IMG/VR virus record: IMGVR_UViG_3300027374_000001 | DNA length: 64,000 bases | Strand: one strand, 5' to 3' | DNA from: a virus | Lineage: Duplodnaviria > Caudoviricetes | Notes under the pieces: generated by a model | The model's input: only the letters and a program-made list of their open reading frames with translations | Databases searched by the model: none | Told to the model about the DNA's origin: nothing | Shown here: in pieces, positions 57,226 to 64,000 of the stretch | How the letters are laid out: every line of letters begins with the position of its first letter | Numbering within the stretch: position 1 is the stretch's first letter | Made by a program: the position numbers and the translations under genes

Positions 57226-59562
57226 ATGGGGCTGAATCAAGTCGTCTTAATAGAAGAATTAGTGATGAAGCGAGAGCCGGATGATGAAAACCTTATTATA
57301 GTAGAAGATTCAGAAGATACAAAAAAATCTACTATAAAAGAACTTAAAAAGAATCTATCTGGTGATTATAGAGACCCGTCTGATTGGAAGTTTTATTCGT
57401 CTAAGTACGTAGAGGAACTCTTTAAAAATATAAAGATAGAGATGTCCAACTATGCATATCTTACAGACGTAGCTGAACTTAGAAGAGTTATACAATCTAT
57501 TGTGGCATCTGCGGGTTCTGGTCAGAGTACTGAAGTGGTACAGGCAAGAGATGGCGAATCTACGTTACAGGCTAGATTACAAAGAGATCTCAATTATGCC
57601 AACGATAGCTTTATTAGGAAAATTAGACGTAAATTGGTTGGAAAGAAACTCTCCACTGGAATGGAAGGTTATGTGGACTTTAAGGCAAAAGAGAATGTTC
57701 AAGCGCAAATGGTATATCGTAGTAAGAATCTTCTCAATCCTAGGAATATAGCAAATGCGCATAATCAAGTAGAGACAAATTCTTTTACCTCTGGAATTGT
57801 ATATACTCAAAGAGATAATAACTATATGGATTTCGATATTACCTTTTCCTATACTATTCCCGCAGGAACATACATTTTTTATGCAAATGCTATGCCAGAC
57901 GGTTCGTTCTTAGATAATGGAAATATCATTTTTGCAGTGAAAAATACAAGGGATGATTCTGCATATAAAGAATTCGCCTATTCGCAACAACCGGAATTTG
58001 TGTTTACTGCTCCTAAAGCGTTTAATTCTATTAAGCTTAAGTTTAACAGAGCTAAATTCGTCACTAATGCATCTATAGAGTATCGGAATATGATGCTCAC
58101 CGTAGACTGCACAGAAAAATATATACCATATGAAAGTTATGCTTCTGGTTCTATTCCTGTAGGGGAAACTAGAAGAATATACAATAGAGATTATGTCTTT
58201 GAATGTGTAAATCAAAATAATGGAGCGCATATTGAGTTTGAGCTATCTTATTGGGATCAGGAGATAGATTTAGAGTATTTGTATAATATGACTAAAGGAG
58301 TTTCTGATATTATACTCGATAAGAGAGACCGTTGCGGGCTTATCCAAAAATATGGTGACTATTTATTTTTTGATGATAGCACTATTCTTTCCATAGATAG
58401 AAATGTAAATAAAAGAAATGATATTTCTAGATTGGAAGGAAATTATCCTAAGTTGGTGAGATTTTCATACGATACTGATAAGCATATGAGAAATAATTCG
58501 CCATCACTGAAACTCACCTTCAATAGCGACGTTAATGGTATGCCATCTATTATTACTAAGGTACCGAATACTATACGAGATATAGATTCTGTTTCTATCG
58601 TTATGTATTTAGATGCTACAGTAACTCAATATATGGTAGGTAGACCGCAGTTCCAAATTAATATGTGCAGCGATAGTTACGATGAACCAGATATGGTAAA
58701 CTATTTTTCTGCTGGGATTGAATTAAACAAGCTTATTCAGGGATGGAATATTATAAAAATACCATTTGAAGACTTTGTAGCACATGGTAATCCGAATGAG
58801 CACGCAATAAAGTATATTGAATTTCTTATTGACAAGAATTCTAGTATGGATGATAAATCTATTTATTTAAATTCATATGTATTCAATCAAGAAATGAAGC
58901 CGACAGTAATGCTTGCTTTCGATGGTATTTATGAAGAAGGCATAACTTATACTTATCCGTATTTAACTGCTAGAGAGTTTCCGGCTACGATTTTAGCAAA
59001 TTCTAGACAGACATTTAGTAATAATATACTTGCTTCTGTATTGAATTTAAGGGCAAATCATAATTGGGATATAGGGCAGTATGGATGCCATCCTAGGAAG
59101 GAAACGTTAGTAGAAGATAACAATGCAAGGGATCAATATTTATTACTTAAATCTACGAAGGAATGGTTGCAGAATAATCTGGTAAATTCACCGATTTCTT
59201 ATTCTGCCCCATTTGGTAATTTAAGACCTTCTACAATGTCTATGCTAAAAGATCTTGGTTATGGGATAGCAAAAGTTAAATCTACCGGATGCTGTAATTT
59301 CTTTGACCCTAGATATGATTTTGCAATTCCTATGTATCTTATGTCTAATGATGTGTCATTAGATGATATAAAATCCAAGATACAGTATGCTATTGACCAT
59401 AAATGTTGTATTTGTTTGTATACAAACAATGTAACTGAATATGGTGATGAGCAGAGTGTTAAGAAAGCAGTGTTTGAAGAGGTAATTAAGTTTATTTCTA
59501 ATAATTCCGATAAAATAACTGCAATGACAATGGCAGATTTTTATGAAAAATGTAAGAAGTGA
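57226..59562 (+). CDS. tail fibre/spike-associated protein with C-terminal polysaccharide deacetylase (NodB)-like domain
   Basis: EVVQARDGESTLQARL tail-spike motif; MLAFDG..FPATIL..WDIGQYGCHP..SYSAPFG NodB-like with degenerate catalytic residues; late promoter 57188-57199. Confidence 0.6.
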   Translation: MGLNQVVLIEELVMKREPDDENLIIVEDSEDTKKSTIKELKKNLSGDYRDPSDWKFYSSKYVEELFKNIKIEMSNYAYLTDVAELRRVIQSIVASAGSGQSTEVVQARDGESTLQARLQRDLNYANDSFIRKIRRKLVGKKLSTGMEGYVDFKAKENVQAQMVYRSKNLLNPRNIANAHNQVETNSFTSGIVYTQRDNNYMDFDITFSYTIPAGTYIFYANAMPDGSFLDNGNIIFAVKNTRDDSAYKEFAYSQQPEFVFTAPKAFNSIKLKFNRAKFVTNASIEYRNMMLTVDCTEKYIPYESYASGSIPVGETRRIYNRDYVFECVNQNNGAHIEFELSYWDQEIDLEYLYNMTKGVSDIILDKRDRCGLIQKYGDYLFFDDSTILSIDRNVNKRNDISRLEGNYPKLVRFSYDTDKHMRNNSPSLKLTFNSDVNGMPSIITKVPNTIRDIDSVSIVMYLDATVTQYMVGRPQFQINMCSDSYDEPDMVNYFSAGIELNKLIQGWNIIKIPFEDFVAHGNPNEHAIKYIEFLIDKNSSMDDKSIYLNSYVFNQEMKPTVMLAFDGIYEEGITYTYPYLTAREFPATILANSRQTFSNNILASVLNLRANHNWDIGQYGCHPRKETLVEDNNARDQYLLLKSTKEWLQNNLVNSPISYSAPFGNLRPSTMSMLKDLGYGIAKVKSTGCCNFFDPRYDFAIPMYLMSNDVSLDDIKSKIQYAIDHKCCICLYTNNVTEYGDEQSVKKAVFEEVIKFISNNSDKITAMTMADFYEKCKK

Positions 59563-59577
59563 GGAGGATTAATTGTA

Positions 59578-60279
59578 ATGGCTAGTAGTTATGAACAACG
59601 CATGTTTGATCTTTTTACTGGAAGTTATCAAACCCCATATTCTATATGGTTATCTCAAGGGAATGAAGGAACCGAAAGTGACTTCTTATCATCTCTTAAA
59701 GGACCAAAGGGAGACAAGGGCGATAAAGGCGAGCAAGGTATACAAGGAGAGACGGGAGCTGTAGGTCCTAAAGGAGACCAAGGTGAACAGGGAATTCAAG
59801 GTTTGAAAGGTGATAAAGGAGACAAAGGCGATCAAGGAGAAATTGGACCACAAGGTCCGGCAGGTGCTAAAGGTGAAACCGGTCTCCAAGGTCCTAAGGG
59901 GGATCAAGGTGAACAGGGAATTCAGGGACCAAAGGGCGATAAAGGAGACACTGGAGCAACTGGAGCTAAAGGTGCGACAGGTGCTACTGGGGCCACTGGG
60001 CCAAAAGGAGCAGATGCTGTTACTTATAAGAAAACTGGTGCATCTTTGGCCACTTCAGCTTGGTCATTAGATAGTACATCTGGTTACTATAGAGCTAAAT
60101 ACGCCGATACTAATATTACTGCTGCTATGGCCGTTAATGCTAGTCTTGCTATTTCTAGTATGGCCGCAGCACAAGTGGCTGGGGTTTTACCGATAACTGA
60201 GTCTACCGCTGGAGGTTTCTTTATTTACGCAATAAGTAAACCAACAGTAACTCTAACTTTTGATTTCTTTTGTGTATAA
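59578..60279 (+). CDS. collagen-like tail fibre protein
   Basis: [22 protein letters not shown] motif followed by a long Gly-X-Y run. Confidence 0.8.
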   Translation: MASSYEQRMFDLFTGSYQTPYSIWLSQGNEGTESDFLSSLKGPKGDKGDKGEQGIQGETGAVGPKGDQGEQGIQGLKGDKGDKGDQGEIGPQGPAGAKGETGLQGPKGDQGEQGIQGPKGDKGDTGATGAKGATGATGATGPKGADAVTYKKTGASLATSAWSLDSTSGYYRAKYADTNITAAMAVNASLAISSMAAAQVAGVLPITESTAGGFFIYAISKPTVTLTFDFFCV

Positions 60280-60315
60280 TCAAATAATTTAAGTGATTTA
60301 AGGAGGACTATAATT

Positions 60316-60783
60316 ATGTCTAATTTAGGAAATATTAATACAGGGATTCCAAATACATCTTGTAAAGAGGTTGTGGTTTATGATAGTGAAAACTATATCG
60401 GAACCATAGATTATGACAATAATGGGTTTGGCACATTTGCTTTACCACCAGGACTAATGGAAAACCTTCATAGTATGGAAATACAATATGGAGTAAATAA
60501 TTTAAGTTTTAAGAAGGTGATTCCTGTACCAATTGAAAACTATGCTCAGCTTAATGATGATCAAAGTAAGTGGAATTTATCTGGTCGTTTTGATGAGAAT
60601 GGTAAATATATCAATTGTACAATATGCGGTTTCAACATGATGTACCAAAATAATAGATTGGATAGAATAACTACTTTTTATCAGACTGGATACTTTCCTA
60701 ACGGTTCTTTACCGGAAATTAGTGAGTGTGATTTAAATAACACATGTATTATACAAAAGATAATTTTATATGTAAATGATTAA
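60316..60783 (+). CDS. small tail-region protein (MSxLG/MSxG family)
   Basis: 155 aa, AGGAGG RBS, N-terminus MSNLGNINT. Confidence 0.7.
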   Translation: MSNLGNINTGIPNTSCKEVVVYDSENYIGTIDYDNNGFGTFALPPGLMENLHSMEIQYGVNNLSFKKVIPVPIENYAQLNDDQSKWNLSGRFDENGKYINCTICGFNMMYQNNRLDRITTFYQTGYFPNGSLPEISECDLNNTCIIQKIILYVND

Positions 60784-60794
60784 GGAGAAACGAA

Positions 60795-61229
60795 ATGCAT
60801 ATGGGAATAATTACGCCGCCCTCCCCCATCAGTGGGGGAGGGGTATTATACTAATCTAATACCCGGAATGACAGGTAATGAATCATTAGAGGCAGTTTGT
60901 AAAAATTATATAATTCCAAATTTTTGTACTCTGTATTGTTGGGTTAACAATGAAACCTCATATCAATATGCAAAGAATGTTAGAAAAAAGTATATAGTTA
61001 TTTTTTAGGCTTTGATTCTACATTGAAAGAAAATGATATATTTGGCCATATAACTATTTTACAGTTAAATTCTATATCTTTAATTAGATTTATAGAGTAC
61101 AAGTATAATTATATTTTTAAAACAGTATATTCAACCGCAAATGGAGTTGGATTTGGGAAAATATTCGTTACTGGTTCTATCAATGGGGGTAAGCTGATGT
61201 GGGAGATGGAGGAGGAGAGCAGTGGCTGA
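60795..61229 (+). pseudogene. frameshifted member of the small tail-region gene family
   Basis: AAGGAG plus ATG 60795 (MHMGIITPP) stops at 60854; +1 frame open to 61008; original frame resumes ~60984-61229; two frameshifts at C/G and A6/T6 runs. Confidence 0.55.
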
Positions 61230-61899
61230 TATAAAAATCATTGACTTGCCAGAGAAAACAGATAATCCTTCTAATGATGATCTTTTAGTGATAGAGGATC
61301 AAGAAGATACTAAGAAAATTACACTGCAAAAACTTAGAGGTGCACTAAGTATGGATAACATACTTAGTGCCATCAAAGAGTCTTTGGAAAATAAAATAAT
61401 AGAATTTCTGGAAGTTCATTCTAATAGGATGAAAGAATTAGAAAAGAAAAATTATGATCTTGAAACTCTTTGTCATAATCTTGAAAATGATCATGATCAT
61501 GACGCCGAAAGGATAGCAGAGTTAGAAGAACAACTTCATGATTTTAAACAAAGAGAACAAGAACTAGTACAAGTTAAAAATACTTTAACAGAAAAAGTTG
61601 TTATGCTTGAGGAAAAAAGAGCATTGTTAGAAGAGCAAATACAATCTTTAACTAGTGAATTAGCTAAGGACGAAAAATCTATGGTAATTTTACAATCTAA
61701 AGTTAAGGATTTGCAACTAAAAGTAACACAACTAAAAAAAATGAATGATGAACTAGAAGAATCTATTCGTGAAGCAGAAAAGAATTTTGATGATACAAAT
61801 ATTCAACAGTTTGAATCTGCTAATAAAATGATAGATGAATCTATATCTGATCTTAAAACTATGATTAGATATTATCATCCAGACGTAGTTTTTGATTAA
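61222..61899 (+). CDS. coiled-coil tail-region protein
   Basis: GTG start; N-terminal IIDLPEK..DDLLVIEDQEDTKKIT module shared with the 57226 and 62433 ORFs; long heptad region. Confidence 0.7.
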   Translation: MADIKIIDLPEKTDNPSNDDLLVIEDQEDTKKITLQKLRGALSMDNILSAIKESLENKIIEFLEVHSNRMKELEKKNYDLETLCHNLENDHDHDAERIAELEEQLHDFKQREQELVQVKNTLTEKVVMLEEKRALLEEQIQSLTSELAKDEKSMVILQSKVKDLQLKVTQLKKMNDELEESIREAEKNFDDTNIQQFESANKMIDESISDLKTMIRYYHPDVVFD

Positions 61900-61911
61900 A
61901 GGAGATAAATT

Positions 61912-62400
61912 ATGAGTAGAGGAATAATTACCCCCCCCCCCATACACATACCACCAAAGCCATTTTCTTATGGTACTTATGAAAAGAAGTTATTAGCAAC
62001 CGGTTTATCGATACCACTCGATCAAACAACCTTAATAGAATTAAAGGAATCTACATTTAATTATAAGAAGATTTTATTTTCGATTTCTGGGCGTGAGAAT
62101 CCTATTGCATCGTTTGTGCCGGTGTTTAATGAAATTAAATATGAATTAGATGGCTATCCCATGGGAATTCCAAAAGATGAATTATTGGAACAGTTTTGTG
62201 CGGTAGGATTTGAGCAAATGACTGGCACTAGTGCAACCGATTATTTGTTACAGATTTTGACTATAGAAATTTTTATTGATCTAATGCACACAAATAAAAT
62301 TATTTTTAAACCCAATTATTCTAAGGAGTTCGTAATTTCGCAAAATGGAATTACCGTAAAGTCTGGTGCGCCAATTACAACCTTATATGGAGACGTATAG
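61912..62400 (+). CDS. small tail-region protein with 5' poly-C tract
   Basis: MSRGIITPPPIH; C11 at 61931-61941. Confidence 0.7.
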   Translation: MSRGIITPPPIHIPPKPFSYGTYEKKLLATGLSIPLDQTTLIELKESTFNYKKILFSISGRENPIASFVPVFNEIKYELDGYPMGIPKDELLEQFCAVGFEQMTGTSATDYLLQILTIEIFIDLMHTNKIIFKPNYSKEFVISQNGITVKSGAPITTLYGDV

Positions 62401-62432
62401 AGATCTAAAATAAGTATAGAGGTGAGTCCTAT

Positions 62433-63137
62433 ATGGAATATAGTTTAAGAGATATCATATCTGTGTTTATATGGGAATTGCCCATGAAAAAAGAAGATAT
62501 AGATATCGCTAATGATTTAATGATTATTAGAGATAATACTACTACTAAGAAAATTAAAGTATCGTTATTATTAGAATACTTTAGCCAAAACTACAAAGCT
62601 GAGCAGTTGGAACAAACCATAGAGAATTCTCTTAGAAGAATAAGTGATGAGTATATTCCAAAGTACGAGTATATATTAAAAGAACTTCAATTTTGTGATA
62701 ATCTCATTAATGGAAGTAATGGTTTAAAAGAGAGGTTCAACGATAATAGAAATCGTATAAATGCACTGGTACTATCCTTGGCTCAATGTGGAGTAACTAT
62801 TAATAATCTGGAAGATGCTATATACCGATTGGTAAATTCTATAAAGGAATTAGAAGATAAGTTTTCCATATCAACATATTCTACCCAGAGATTGATAGAA
62901 AAACAGGAGTCTCTTTCGAGTGAGATATCTGATTTAGGTACCAAAACAGATAGGTTCGTACAAGAAACAGATTCATTAGAATCTAATTGTAATAAACTTA
63001 ACGCTGACTTGGATCAAATATTTAAAGATTCTAATAATGATATTGAAACTAAGGTCGATTTAATTATACAAAAGATGAACCATGAATATGACGTTATATT
63101 ATCTGCTATTGATAGATACCATCATACTCATGAATAG
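62433..63137 (+). CDS. coiled-coil tail-region protein (paralog of 61222)
   Basis: IWELPMK..DLMIIRDNTTTKKIK module; C-terminal IDRYHH versus IRYYHP. Confidence 0.7.
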   Translation: MEYSLRDIISVFIWELPMKKEDIDIANDLMIIRDNTTTKKIKVSLLLEYFSQNYKAEQLEQTIENSLRRISDEYIPKYEYILKELQFCDNLINGSNGLKERFNDNRNRINALVLSLAQCGVTINNLEDAIYRLVNSIKELEDKFSISTYSTQRLIEKQESLSSEISDLGTKTDRFVQETDSLESNCNKLNADLDQIFKDSNNDIETKVDLIIQKMNHEYDVILSAIDRYHHTHE

Positions 63138-63156
63138 TAACTAGGAGGGTGTTAAA

Positions 63157-63441
63157 TTGAGCAAAGGAAATATGTCCCCCCCCCCCATACCCGATTCGAT
63201 AAACAATGCTCTTGGGTTTAAAACTTGGCGATTGTCAGAATGGGTTCAAGCTGGAGGGAATTCCCCAAATGATCATCAATTTGGTGTAGTTGTTAGATTA
63301 AGTGGATATGACGAACCTGGTAAAGGTTCCACTGGAGATACAGTTTATTTGGCAGTTTGCTATGTAAATTCTTCGACTTCAAAAATATATTATGGGTTTC
63401 AATCAGTTAGGGGTTCTAAAACAATACCTTGGTGCGGATAA
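63157..63441 (+). CDS. small tail-region protein with 5' poly-C tract
   Basis: TTG start after GGAGGGTG; MSKGNMSPPPIP; C11 at 63176-63186. Confidence 0.6.
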   Translation: MSKGNMSPPPIPDSINNALGFKTWRLSEWVQAGGNSPNDHQFGVVVRLSGYDEPGKGSTGDTVYLAVCYVNSSTSKIYYGFQSVRGSKTIPWCG

Positions 63442-63454
63442 AGGAGGAAAATAT

Positions 63455-63955
63455 ATGTCACATTTAGGAAATTTAAACACAGCATTATCAAATTCAGTAA
63501 ATGATAATTCAAAACCCTCGAATTATTGGGGGGGGGGGGGACACTTTGTAACTACCACTGAATTACAAGCATCTGGTCTGATATTAGAAAAACAAGATGA
63601 AGCTAGTCTTGGAACTTCGGCCCCTATTGGGTTTTTAGGAACACTACGCGGAACGATTTATCAGTGCGAGATACCTTTATATCTTGATAAGCACTCGGAG
63701 GCTTCTGGAGATTATGAATTCGTTGGTACTTATTATGCTATAATAAATAGAGATAGCAGTAGTAGCCAGGTACCAATCTCGTTTCAGTTTAATATAATAG
63801 ATGGTACAAGTTATTATACGGGTATGCTAAATATTGTATTAAAAATAAGTGGCAATACCGTCATAACAGCAACAGCAGTAGACATGAATTTTTTTTCTAA
63901 GCCGTTTGCTGGACTTAAATTTGATATTAAGTTAACGGAGTTAATTCAATCATAA
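63455..63955 (+). CDS. small tail-region protein with poly-G tract
   Basis: ATG 63455 after AAGGAGG; MSHLGNLNT; G13 at 63528-63540. Confidence 0.7.
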   Translation: MSHLGNLNTALSNSVNDNSKPSNYWGGGGHFVTTTELQASGLILEKQDEASLGTSAPIGFLGTLRGTIYQCEIPLYLDKHSEASGDYEFVGTYYAIINRDSSSSQVPISFQFNIIDGTSYYTGMLNIVLKISGNTVITATAVDMNFFSKPFAGLKFDIKLTELIQS

Positions 63956-63980
63956 TACTAAAGATAAAGGAGTGGTTAAT

Positions 63981-64000
63981 ATGTCATTAGGTGGAATCAC
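63981..64000 (+). CDS. start of the next family member (partial)
   Basis: AAGGAG RBS then MSLGGI..., truncated by the window end. Confidence 0.5.

Noticed and set aside
59700-60015. Nucleotide repeats in the fibre gene as an array or DGR
   Set aside because: Explained by Gly-X-Y collagen coding; no reverse transcriptase or TR/VR pair seen in the window
1-64000. Genome-wide stop-codon reassignment (code 4/15/25)
   Set aside because: Long ORFs are intact in code 11, and TGA/TAG end genes directly before new RBSs (e.g. 59562, 24826); only one suspicious TGA (44641)

Overview
64 kb of a low-GC (~30%) jumbo bacteriophage genome of the phiKZ/AR9 (PBS1)-like type. The host is probably a Firmicute, inferred from strong AGGAGG ribosome-binding sites and cell-wall hydrolases on the tape measure. 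The window holds a virion morphogenesis region: a 4165-aa tape measure with C39-peptidase, tail-lysozyme and NlpC/P60 domains, baseplate proteins, paralogous internal head proteins, a tail chaperone and fibre/collagen proteins. It also encodes a split multisubunit RNA polymerase beta' subunit (DYDGD), a RusA-like resolvase, PC4-like and HU-like DNA-binding proteins, mosaic enzyme polyproteins (kinase, NUDIX, HAD, GNAT, ART-like, papain-like) and early operons of unknown genes. Two phage promoter classes can be read directly: AACA/AACT-N6-TA and tTATATAyTATA-N4-TG. The standout feature is a non-coding 38-bp-period dual-repeat array (1047-1620, ~15 units). Two short conserved motifs alternate with two unique 9-10-nt spacers, and the array has its own promoter and terminator. 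The architecture resembles TIGR guide-RNA arrays, but the motifs differ and no Tas or Cas gene is recognisable nearby. Also notable: two tandem structured small RNAs (39172-39488), homopolymer tracts at the 5' ends of a paralogous tail-region gene family, a single in-frame TGA splitting a 971-codon polyprotein, and a probable -1 frameshift in the tail chaperone. All product calls come from motif recognition by eye, not database searches.
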